From Dimorphilus gyrociliatus (Eukaryota; Animalia; Annelida), in the NCBI GenBank assembly GCA_904063045.1, contig CAJFCJ010000024.1:801777-865776 (forward strand): a stretch of 64,000 bases of DNA, in the 5' to 3' direction. The position numbers and the translations under genes are program-made. This document shows positions 52,893 to 64,000 of this stretch, piece by piece (the stretch's first letter is position 1; every line of letters starts with the position of its first letter). The notes beneath the pieces are model-generated. The model was not told where the DNA came from, did not search any database, and saw only the letters and a list, made by a program, of their open reading frames with translations.

Positions 52893-53966
52893 ATGACTGC
52901 AAAAAAATTGAAAATTATAAATTTATCCATCTTCTTGGCTTTCTTCTATGGATATGGAGATTGTAGAAAGATCTTTCAAGGCTATCAGAATTATACAACG
53001 TATAAAACTGGAACTTTGAATGTTATCCTTACTGTTCCTCATGGTGGTTCTATGAAACCTTCGTCAATTAAGGGTAATACCATAGCATATCTTTAAGTTT
53101 ATGCATTATTACTATTATTAATGATAATCCTTCTCTTTTCAGATAGAACTATTGCCTGCGCAAATTCCGAAGGACAATGCACATGGAAGACTGATTGCCA
53201 TCAACCGACTAGCAACTGCACTCCTCTTGTTGAATCAGACTATAACGTTCAGTTACTAGCTGATACTATTTCCGAGAAACTGAAAGACATAACCGGAAAA
53301 TATCCCTATATTATTCAAACTGAATTGAAGAGAAACAAGTTAGATCCGAATAGAGATAAACCGGAAGCTACACTTTTCGATCCAGAAGCTATTAAAGCTT
53401 GGAATGATTTTCAAAACTATATTAAAGAGGCCAAAAACGAAATTAAGAAAGGCCTTCTTTTAGATATTCACGGTCAGAGTCATATAGAAAAGTGGATCGA
53501 ATTATCATATTTTGCCAAAATTTCTGAAATAAATTCAGATCAATTGCAATCTGATAAGTCATCGATTTATACCATGTCTAAAAGATTTCCGGAAACCAAA
53601 TTTAATGAATTGATTTACGGCAATGAAAGTTATGGTGGTTTGTTGGAATCTAAAGGCTATAAAGTTGTACCAAGTCCTTCTTATAAGAAGCCTGGTTCAG
53701 GCAATTATTTTCCTGCTTATTATATAACAATGGAACACGGTTCGATGAAAGGTGGAAATATCGATGCCATACAAGTGGAAACACCCTTCGCTTATAGAAG
53801 GAATCTCACCTATATTTCTAGATATGCGGAGGACGTTGCCAGTGTTACCGTTGAATTTTTAAAGAAATATTATGGTTCTACATCTAGTGGAGCGGAAAGA
53901 GTTCTAATTTCTATTCCCAGTATGATTCTTTTTATATCAAGTTTTATAATGCAGCTCATAGATTAG
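52893..53966 (+). CDS. N-formylglutamate amidohydrolase-like Zn hydrolase with signal peptide and GPI-like tail (2 exons)
   Basis: Exons 52893-53073 and 53143-53966 (phase 1). Motifs ILTVPHGG, KLDPNR, LLDIHGQSH..IELSY, S.GGLL..GY..VPS, YIT.EHGS and DAIQVE. Hydrophobic N- and C-termini. Confidence 0.7.
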
Positions 53967-54724
53967 ATATATCCTCTGAGAGAGGGATTTATCGGGTTTA
54001 AAGAAAATGAGTAGTGTGTCGGGGAGGAGGAATATCATACAAACAAAATAATAATAGCTATACTCTATTTGGATTTTATCTAGAATGGGAGATGGAGGAG
54101 GAGAGAGTTAGGAGGAGATAGAGATTAAAAGAAAGTAGCAAATATTTTAGACTTAATACACAGTAGCAATTGGAATAAAAAATTTGTTTTATTTAAGTTA
54201 ATGTGTAGGAGGAAGCCTAAAATATTAATGAAATACAACTCTCTTTTTCCATTTCTTCTTACTTTTGCTCAGATTCATTTTTGACATTTTTTAGTTTTAA
54301 ATAATTTCCTATTTTTCTCTTTTAAATTAAAAATAGAAAAGTATTATTTAAATAAGAAATTAATTACTTTTTCAATTGATTTTAATACGAATGTAAATGA
54401 TAGATAGGAATGCAATTTGATAAAAAAAACAAATTTCTTCAACTAGGTGGGAGTAGTGTTTCGGTTCAAAGAAAATGTAATTGAATATAGTTTAAAAGAA
54501 CATGGACAAAACTATCTTAATTTCAGACGCAAATTAAATTTACTATATTTATTCAAGTAGTCTTTTTATTATATTAAATAAGGAGGCTTTCTTCTTTGAA
54601 AAGCCATTCATAGAGTTCTTATATAATACTTGTATATTATATTGTATTTACCATATAATTATATAGATTAGTGATAATAAAACTATAGTTTATAAATCAA
54701 TTATTGTATTCTTGCATTATTCAT

Positions 54725-55561
54725 TTATTGGAGAGATTCAAATAGAAATAAGCCACCTTTTTCAGCCATAGCACCGTCTTTTTTGCAATAGCAAGTTATG
54801 TACAGTTTTGTTCCTATGTGAGCAGCCATAATGGGATACTTTGCATTTTTATACTCAATTGTCTCTGGAAGCCATATTTGTAAAGTACCGCAATGATTAC
54901 CATCTTTATCGTAAATAACTACTTGATTTTTTTCGGCATAGGTCGTTAAGAATTGATTATTTGAGAAACAAGTAATCGAATCATTACCTTTCAGTGATGG
55001 AAAACACTTGAGAATTTCGCCGTCTTTACCATTTAACAATTTTATAATTCCGTCTTTAGAATCAATAAAGACTATAGTTCCATTAAATAAACAAGCTACT
55101 TTAGACGCAGTAAAGGTTTTATTGGTCCAAATCAATTTCCCCCGGATATCGTATAATTGGATACAACTATCAGTTCCAACAATTAAATAACCATTGTAAA
55201 ATTTCATATCACTAATTAATATAGGTTTTTCAACATTTATAAATTCAGACCATTCTTTTCCTTCATCGAGGTCGTTTGTTTTCATTATTCGATTATTCGT
55301 CAAGTCACCAACCATTAAATTTAGACAGCCCGATTTACAAACGGTAATAGACGAAAGTTTATCATTTGGTTTTGATGTATAAATTGTTCTATTAAAATCT
55401 CCATTTTGATAATAAACTTTCACTCTGCACATGTTTCTAGCCTCACTCATTAATAAATATATATGAGTTGAAAAGCTGCAAATATCTTGAATAACACCAA
55501 TCTTTGGTGTTGAAAGAAATTTATCATTTCTACTATATGCATATATATCATTATTAGACAT
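54725..55561 (-). CDS. Intronless standalone NHL/6-bladed beta-propeller-like protein, 278 aa
   Basis: Repeated blades such as ITVCKSG..LMVGDLTNNRI, LIVG..CIQLYDIRGKLIW, VACLFNGTIVFID..IIKLLN.KDG and ITC.SNNQFLTT..NQVVIYDKDGNH. No RING or B-box. Start context AAAAATG. Confidence 0.55.
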   Translation of the reverse strand: MSNNDIYAYSRNDKFLSTPKIGVIQDICSFSTHIYLLMSEARNMCRVKVYYQNGDFNRTIYTSKPNDKLSSITVCKSGCLNLMVGDLTNNRIMKTNDLDEGKEWSEFINVEKPILISDMKFYNGYLIVGTDSCIQLYDIRGKLIWTNKTFTASKVACLFNGTIVFIDSKDGIIKLLNGKDGEILKCFPSLKGNDSITCFSNNQFLTTYAEKNQVVIYDKDGNHCGTLQIWLPETIEYKNAKYPIMAAHIGTKLYITCYCKKDGAMAEKGGLFLFESLQ

Positions 55562-56161
55562 TTTTACAGTTTATACATGAAATATTCACGTATATATATA
55601 TATATATTTGTGTAGTATATTCATTTATTACTAATTACACCATTTATTTAATTATAAAGCTTATACTTAATTAAAAATTACCATATTCATTAATATTATG
55701 CATTTTTTTGCCATGTTCATATAGCGATAGACTATGAAAATATCAACATTCTATTTAAAATATCCTTTTTCCTCTTCTAAAACTCTTTAACCTTTTCTTA
55801 CATATTTTTATTAAATTTGATGTAATTATTACAAAATGTTAATTAATTGTACTAAATATTTCTCAGGCAATTTTCAAAGTCTATGATTTTTTTTCAAAAA
55901 AAGGCAAAGAGGTTCAGTAAAATTAGTGAAGGTTAATTTAATAAATTAATATTAGTGGTGGATGAAAAATAAGGGTCCATTACAATAAAGTTCATGACCT
56001 AATAATTATCTAATTCAATTTCTCTCTTTTTGCTACTTTTTATGTACTTCCTGCTAGGGAAACTAATGCATCGATTGATATATATCATACTTTCTTTTTA
56101 AAGTCGACGGGGAGGTAAATTGATTGATTATTGGCTCAACAATAAATTATTTTATATTTTA

Positions 56162-56798
56162 CTCTTTCTCTCTCTCTCTCTCTCTCTCTCACTTACTCAT
56201 GCACTTACTACCTGTCTCTCCCAAACTCTATCTTTACCTATTCATTCTCTTCCTTTTATTTAATTTATTACTTGAATCAAGTTTTTCTTGCCATATTTAA
56301 CTAATCAATAGCAGAAATCTTATAGAAATCTGTCGCTAGTTTGCCTATCTTCTGGAAATGTCCATTAAAACTGTCCTACTGTTTACTAAAGTAAAGTCAG
56401 TAAAAACCTTTCTAAAAACCGAATATATTTTCTAAAAATATCTTAATTAAAAATTGCGTAATATTTTGTTATTAAGCTCACTAAATGCGGTATATTTATG
56501 AAAAATGTATGCATATTAAAATATACAGTGTATTGTTTATATTATGTTTGCACCTCGAATGCTCTTTTTCATGTTAATTAACTTAATGCGAAATGTAATT
56601 CCTTCGATATATCACTAATTAGATAATTGGATCAGTTAAACTACTTAATTGTCTTTTGGTGAATGTTTCTATCTTCTATAACTTATAAATGTACATTGTG
56701 TAGTATATTTCTCCTGAAGAAAACAAAGGGATTCTTAATGAAAAAGAGAAAGAGGAGGAGAGAGATAGAGAGATATGGAAAGTGAGAGAGAGAGAGAG
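56162..56798. repeat. (CT)n tract and downstream (GA)n-rich tract
   Basis: (CT) 56162-56190, GA-rich 56745-56798. Confidence 0.75.
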
Positions 56799-57545
56799 GT
56801 CAAGAAACAGGAGAAAAAAATGAGAAACATAACGACTGAAAAGCGATTCGTAAGGTTGAATTTACGATTAGTGTATATACTCTATGTATATAGTATATTG
56901 TGCGTGAAAACTGAAATTCGACTCTATTTTTGAAATGGTAGGAAATTTTGCAGTCAAAGATAAACTAGATGCTACAATTTGCCTAACTACATTTTTATAC
57001 CATTGTTATTTTATACAATAAAATTAAAATTAGGAAATATTTCGTTGGTCTAGAAAGTATATACGATTAAAATAACATAGTAAATTGATTGAAAAGCTTC
57101 ATACTCTCAGCAACGTGACAGACCTTTTCACATAACCGAGACGCCCTACAGGCCAGTAATAATTAAACTATTGATTCTAAAATAGCGGTATGTGTACTAA
57201 GCCAAGTAAAATGCAAAGTACAATGAATTTATCTAGAATTCTGAAAATGATTGACATTCTGACGAAAGAGAGGGCTATTTAGAAGATGCAAAATTTTGAA
57301 GATATTTGTTGTTTCCGGTGTAAGATCAGTCTTATAAATAGAATATTTCCTTCTCAAAGAGACTGGTATTATTATTAATGGATTGTTGTTTATATATCAC
57401 TTCATCAATCATCTATCAACAGTTGAATTATCAGTAATAAAGTTAGTACTATTGCTTAAGATTATTAAATTTCTTTCTCTTCATATCGAACTTGTCATAT
57501 AGGCAGGGAGTTCTTTCCAAGAAAGGAAGAGTTCATTACTTTTCT

Positions 57546-58015
57546 CTAATTAGATTGCAAGAAAGACGCTTCGGACTGATTCGAGGATATTGTTACAGCC
57601 CTTCCTCTATAATATAATGATTGTTGATTGTAGGCGATCTTACTATTTTCCGCACATTTGTTCATTGAATTTATATCATCTTTCTCGCCCGGAGATGTTG
57701 GAACAAGGAGAAGAATGCATTGGAGGAAAACTGTTATTTTATCTAGAGAAGAACATAAAGAATAAAGTAAAGAGGACATATATCCATAGAAATTTTAAAG
57801 ATTCTCTCCTTACCTATACAAACTTGAACGAATTTGAGTTTACTAACCCTTTCCCCAAGTATATATATTGGAATTGCCGCTAAATACATTAGAAATCCAG
57901 GTAGCATTGAACTCGGATTACTGTAAATAGATAACGACATAATTCCAATTAAAACTATAAACGTTACAATCGCTAGAAGGATGTTTATCTGTGTTTGTAA
58001 ATTATACTGATATAG

Positions 58016-58050
<35 letters not shown>

Positions 58051-60565
58051 GTTTGTATATAAATGAATACATTTTACATATATAAAGAGGTATATTTGAC
58101 CCAACAGATGTTAAATTAGATAAAAACAAACATAATCCTCACCTTGATAGGTCTCTCTATATTTGGTTTCGTATATCTTAAATAAAAGTAGGCAATAAAG
58201 GTGGTAAAAATTTTTAGTTGACAAGATAGAGATGCAAACTCTTGAAGTAGAGAGAGATCGGGTATGAAAGACAATAGGATAGCCGTGATGCACTACGAAA
58301 GCATATTTTTATTATAGAGTAATTTTTCTGTATTTGAAAGAGATTCTTTCCATGAATTTTATTCTCTTTTAAACTTACAACTGCAAATATACTGATAATT
58401 GGTGTGATGAACCGTACGTTAACCATATAAACGAAGTTTGGAAGTTGTTTATTGCGGGAAGCAGCAAAAAAATACCTGGAATCTGCTAAATAGGATGAAT
58501 TTAAAGTACCAAGACAAGATAAGACCACTGAAATACAGATGAACCATGACACTCCACTAATGGCTTTATCCATAAAAGTCTGTATTTAGAAACAAAAATA
58601 TGTATAATTAAAAAGAGGTGAAAAGGAACATTTTTTTATTAAAAAAAAATACACCATCTTTACCATAGCAACAGCAGAGGAATTGATAATTTCGGAAGGA
58701 GTCAGGATTGTTAAATAAGCCGCATTAACGAAAGTGTATACAATAGTAACAAGAGATAGTGAAATAACAATTGCAAGTGGAAGATCTCTGATTTAGGAAG
58801 AGAAATTTATGATTAAATAACTTATTAAAGTAATCTACTAACCTTTTTGGATTTAACATTTCTTCTGGCATAGTTGCCACACTTTCCCTATTTTTTAAAA
58901 TATTGTTTAAGTTAAACATTCTTCTTCTTCAATTGTATAAATAATTAAAATCATACGTAGAAAACTCACCAGCCTTTGTAAGCAAAATATCCGTCTACAA
59001 CAGATAAGCATAAAATGGACGGCTCAGTTGATGTGCCCTCAAATCCCTTTGATAATATGTTTGTATCACCTTCAATTATAATTATTATGTCAGTCATACA
59101 GTTTTAAATTATACTAATTGACTACTTAATATTACCCTTTGAAAATCTATATAATCCTATGACTATAATGGAAACAAGAGAAAAGATTTTAGCAAAAGTG
59201 AAAAATGTCTGTAACCTAGTTGACCAGATAACGCTTAGGCAATTAATTACCGCCAGTGTCACTATAAAAGTTTAAGAGTGCTCTTAAAGAAATATTAGGA
59301 AGGAATAATAGTTAAGAAACAGACTTACATAAACTGAATATGCCTATCAAAAGAACAATAGTCATTTGGCAGTTGCAATCAAATAGCTGTAGATAGAATA
59401 TCAATTTGTTACTTAATTCACTTTTTTCATCCAACTACCTGTAAGAAGTATTCTCCAATTGTTCGGCCAACGACAGCATTAGTGCCAGCAATGCTCTGGA
59501 AGCAGTGTCCCCAAAAGACTAAAAATCCAGGTATTTTTCCAAGAATAGTATAAACATAAGTATAATCTCCACCAGAAACGGTGATTATCGTTGATAATTC
59601 GGCATATATCAAAGCGAGAATAACAGTATAGAAACCAGTTCCAGCCCAGATTAATAAGTTAGCTGCAGGGGATCCTGTATGTTTCATAACAGTTGACGGT
59701 GATATAAATATACCTATTCATAAGAAGAAAGATATTTCTATAATTAAAAGGGTTAATAAATGTTAACTAAAAAAGAAAAATCTATAAATAAACTTCATTT
59801 CTTATAAAAAGTTAAATTAAAAAAAATATATATACACAAACTTTCTCTTCATTTTCACAATAAATTAGTTTTTTTTTTCTATTCCCACGGAATATTTCAT
59901 TAATAGATTTTTATATTTATTAATATATTTGCATAGATTAACATAAAACATTATGTTTTAAACAGAAGGTATATTTCACTTGTGCCTTATAAGGAAGGTC
60001 TATTGTCATCGTTTTGTTTTCTCATTATCTTACTAAGTGCCTCTAAATAGAATGGATTATATATAGTTGTATATCTTCTTTATAATTTATTACAATTGAG
60101 CTCTGAAGGAAGAATATATATTGCTCTTATTTGTTTGACAGATAAAGATATTTTTATTGTCTTATTTTAAATTTCTTATTCTCTTTTATGTTGTCTTTCT
60201 TCTCCGTTCGTCGTCTTCCACCGTCCTCATTACTTAAGGAGAACGATATAAAATAGACAAACACACGCAAACACACGCTAATATATATATATATATATGT
60301 ATATATATACATGCTTATTAATTTAGATGCACAATATTAATCTTCAAGTCTAATTACGTAATAATTTTAAATAAATATATATTAATGAATCTTTACCGGA
60401 ACCAACTACATTGCCTATTAGTACAGAAATAGCTCCGATGAGATTAATATGTCTTTTTAATCGAACTTCATACTCGACTTGAACGTATTGTGAATATTTT
60501 CTCTTTCTCTTTTCAATATTTCTTCCCTTAACGGTAGAAAGTAGTGGGCGTCTCTCCTCTGCCAT
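57546..60565 (-). CDS. SLC7 heterodimeric amino-acid transporter light chain (LAT/y+LAT/b0,+AT family), multi-exon
   Basis: LKRHINLIGAISVLIGNVVG|SGIFISP, LIYAELST..SGGDYTY, loop Cys (LFDCNC) for the SLC3 disulfide, GYFAYKGW..EEMLNPKR and GTLNSSYLADSRYFFAASR..LP..TP. Confidence 0.9.
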
Positions 60566-61096
60566 TTAATTTTCTCCTCGAGATAATCTTAACAATAGAA
60601 TATAAATACATATATAAAATGTATAGAAGATTTAAAGAAGAAGTTGTTTCTTATTCAAAGATTTAATCTATTTTGATAGGAGCTTTCCTTTATATAAAGC
60701 CTACTTGTATTCCTCATGGTTCAATGGTAAGATCATATTTACAAGAAAATACAATCAAAATCTGTTAACCTTCAAAGGTCTAGCATTGAAAACTAGAAGG
60801 TTATTAACACTCAATTCTACTTTTTTTTCTTTTGTACTACATTATTGAACTAGTTGATCGATGGAGAGTAACGGAATAGGAGACGTTTTAGTAGATTACG
60901 AACTATTCAGTCTAGTACGTTAGCCAATACTAGCTAATAGTTGTGCATACAGTTAGATTACCAAGTGTATGGATTGTATTTAAAGAATTTACGAGTTAGC
61001 CTTTGAGTATTTGATACGAAAGAAGGAGGTAAATTTTTTGTGTAAATAAGCAAAAAAAAAAAGATATACTGTATGTTGTATACTGACAAGAATAAA

Positions 61097-61100
<4 letters not shown>

Positions 61101-61146
<46 letters not shown>
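61101..61146. repeat. (TA)23 microsatellite
   Basis: Uninterrupted TA run. Similar shorter runs at about 12942-12974, 40375-40397 and 58019-58048. Confidence 0.9.
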
Positions 61147-61148
<2 letters not shown>

Positions 61149-61364
61149 GTATATAGCAGTATACATGATATAGAGTGTTGTATATCATATATATCGCTCA
61201 GTATATTATATATAATATTTAGAGGATAATTGATTATTAACCATTAATAAGCATCAACCTAAGATCAAAACGAATAGGCTACAGTAACGAAATACAGAAC
61301 ATATTTTACTTTAAGTACCAATTTATTACACAGTAGCGAAAAAAATTACTAAAAATCAGTTGCC

Positions 61365-61374
61365 TCACGTGACC
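61365..61374. promoter_or_regulatory. E-box / CLEAR-like element upstream of the SLC7 gene
   Basis: TCACGTGACC (minus GGTCACGTGA) about 800 nt upstream of the SLC7 ATG. Confidence 0.4.
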
Positions 61375-62317
61375 AACAATGTTTTTTCTATGATTTCAAT
61401 TAAAATTGAAGATAGCAACCTTCTAACATATTATACAAAATGCAGGATGTTAAAATATAATGATTTTAAATAACATAGATCGTTGAAATAGTTGCTCTTC
61501 TCCTTTATTTTTTTTTTTACTCCTACTTAAATGGGTTACTACGCTTGCAGAAAAATCCTCTGATCAAATGCACCACAGTTTATAATATTACAAGATTCCA
61601 CTCGGCAATTGTTTATCAAACTTGTCTAAAAGAAAGAAGAAATAACGAGTAAGGAGAGAAAAATTTAAGACTTTATCTTCTCTCAACGAAAACATTTTCT
61701 AAGAAAAAGAGGAAATTTAATTTAAAAAAAGGGAAGAAAAGAGTAAGGATAAATGAAAGTTGGGTGCCCCATTACCATCTCATGTCTAAATGAGCCTATA
61801 AGGCATGGAAACTACTCTTTAATTCGAGAAATTCTAGTACAGCACCGATAAGGTTCCTTAGTTAATCGTTATTTTCGAAAATAAAATTAAATTTGAGGAC
61901 AAAGAAGATAGAACTTGGAGAAAATTCTAAAAAACCAACGACGTATAGCTATCTTTTTCTTCATCTCACAACACGCTGACTCTGGGAGGACGCATATTTA
62001 TCAGTGATGAAGAAGTCTTCGATATAGTACAAAAAAATAATTTAGAAATTAACCTACTTAATTATTTATTTTCTTCAAAAGCCCTCTTTCAGCGTTCTTT
62101 CAAGTAAAAGGATAGGGATAACATCAGAATAAATACATTTTAATGAAAATTTCGGTATAGTTTAATTGACCCAAAAATAAGAATAAACCTCGATACTGCA
62201 AAATATAATATACACGGTATACTGTTTACTTGTATACATCCATTTATAAATTACACATAATTCATATATACTTTTATGAATTTACATGGAAAGTTTGAAA
62301 TGTATGTTCAACTGAGC

Positions 62318-63190
62318 TTAGACAAAATAGGATATGTCAACCACTTCCGGTTCCGCGGGACTATCTTCAGCCGAAAATGGAGATTCTTGATTTAGTCCGA
62401 TAGTTCCTATAACAATATCAGTATTTGTTGTAATCTTTTGCACTCTGTTCACAGTAACTTTAAACTTAAGAGTATAATATAAATCTATCAGACTGCAAGA
62501 TTTTAATCCAGTTGGTGGTAAATCCAATGGGATTTTAATTTTCTCTTTCCATCTATCAGTAGATCTAGCTCTTACTTGACCTTTGCTAACCATAGCCAGT
62601 GTCTTTCTTTCATGGAAGGTCTTTCCAGACTGGTCGTAATACCTGACATTCTAGGAAATATTTTAATAAATTTTTATTGTCCTTTCTAAATTGAAAAATC
62701 TATTTATTCTCTTTTATTACTTGCATTAAAACTACTTTAGACCGTTTAGTACTTCTGCCGCTATTATTCTTAACTTCACCTTTGAAATGTATTGTCTCAC
62801 CCGGGAGATAGCCAATCCGTTCTAAATACCAACTACAAACAATCTGTCCTAGTGTACAACACATGACAGTTTGATGCTCCTCACTATTCAATTCAACTGG
62901 TGTCTAAAGAACAATAATTATTAATCAGATGTAGCAGTATTCAAGGAAATTGAATTAAGTTTCAGTTACCATCATTTTTGGCAGAGAATTCAAGTCAACA
63001 ACACTCGTTATTGTAATTCTCTTTTTAACAGTATGATTATGCTTCCAAGGCCTTTCAAGCTTTACCCTCGCCCAATATTCTATTCCGCCGTGTTCAGCCA
63101 AAAAAGTTGAAGGTAAAACGTTTGGTAATTGAATTCTAAAGGGATATTTATGTGTCCCGGATTGAACCAAAATTTCATTTTCCTTTTCCC
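62318..63190 (-). CDS. Alpha-arrestin (arrestin domain-containing) protein, 3' exons only; N-terminus probably lies beyond the window
   Basis: GTHKYPFRIQLP..LPSTFLAEHGGIEYWARVKLERPWK, VDLN, GYLPGETI..EVKN.S, LPPTGL.SCSLI.L.YTLK and IVIGTI. The first visible exon starts in phase 1 at 63190 and no upstream coding exon was found up to 64000. Confidence 0.85.
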
Positions 63191-64000
63191 CTAAATGTAT
63201 AGTATTTTTTCAATAAGAGATTAGTAATGTACAAGCAAGCTGCAGGAAATTAAATAATAGCAAAGAGGGCAATTAACTTTCCAGGCCTATTAAGTTTAGC
63301 CTACTTTATATTGGTTGCATGGCGACCGTTTTCCTTTATATATATTTTTTTATGTCTGTAAAAAAAAAATTCCCCTTCCAACTTTTTCCTTATAAATATT
63401 GTACAAACGAAATATCCTTATCAATAGCGTGCAGTGTAGGGAAAAGGCCTACAAATATTATACTCGCTGTATATTAAAATCTTTCGTGCTATAAGTTCAT
63501 ATATCATTTCTCTTCTTTTTTTTTTCCTATAAGAATTGAAATATATACGCTAGAAACTTATATTTAAGCATATTATATAAAGAGATATATACAGTATATA
63601 CAGAATACATGTACATTACTATACATCTCTTGCATGATATATATATATATGATAATTTAATATAGGAAATATCTTAGGAGCGTCTCCTAACAACCAATTC
63701 TTTTTTCCCATATTTCATAAATATAATTAAATTCTGTTAGACAAATGAAACAAAAACTTAATAATAGAAAGAGAAAAAAACAAGATAAAATTGATTTTTA
63801 TTCTTTTTCCTAATTGTTGTTATAATTTTAATAAATAGAGTTTGGTTCACAAAATATCGTTTATCTACTGCATTCTTACTCTAAAACGTAAAAATATTAT
63901 CTATATTCGTTTGTTTGTTGTAAGCCTATACAGGAGTAATTTTTCTACGTTTATAAATAGGTAAATAATTCTTGGTGTTTCTTTCATTAAAATCTTTTTT

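Noticed and set aside
1-64000. tRNA, rRNA, CRISPR arrays, transposase or reverse-transcriptase ORFs
   Set aside because: None recognised on reading. No repeat-spacer periodicity or T-loop/cloverleaf signature was seen. A tRNAscan, Infernal or RepeatModeler run would be needed to exclude short or degenerate elements.

Overview
Very AT-rich, gene-dense eukaryotic (animal, protostome-like) genomic DNA with many 50-90 nt GT-AG introns. A compact invertebrate genome such as a meiofaunal annelid would fit, but I cannot establish the species. The left half holds conserved genes: NDUFS1 (5' end outside the window), a TMEM70-like gene, SH3BP5/parcas, an anoctamin, a divergent SUMO and a 13.5 kb pericentrin/AKAP9 (PACT-domain) gene. 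From about 33 to 55.5 kb the block is dominated by secreted or surface proteins: an orphan LRR-like receptor, a head-to-head pair of 10-Cys secreted paralogs, a peptide-type GPCR, a SUEL/PAN lectin, a formylglutamate-amidohydrolase-like ectoenzyme and an NHL-like propeller, with NT5C3 and EBPL among them. The standout is a hand-assembled 14-exon, 705-aa gene (40779-44037, minus). It encodes a bacterial-type PQQ-dependent quinoprotein dehydrogenase (glucose/quinate/shikimate family) carrying a signal peptide, about 10 N-glycosylation sequons and a Ser/Thr stalk with a GPI-like tail, which makes it a candidate domesticated horizontal transfer. The right end holds an SLC7 light chain with an unusual Lys at the TM6 specificity position and the 3' part of an alpha-arrestin. 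I saw no rRNA, tRNA, CRISPR array or recognisable transposase. All exon structures were assembled by eye and family calls come from recalled motifs, not database searches.
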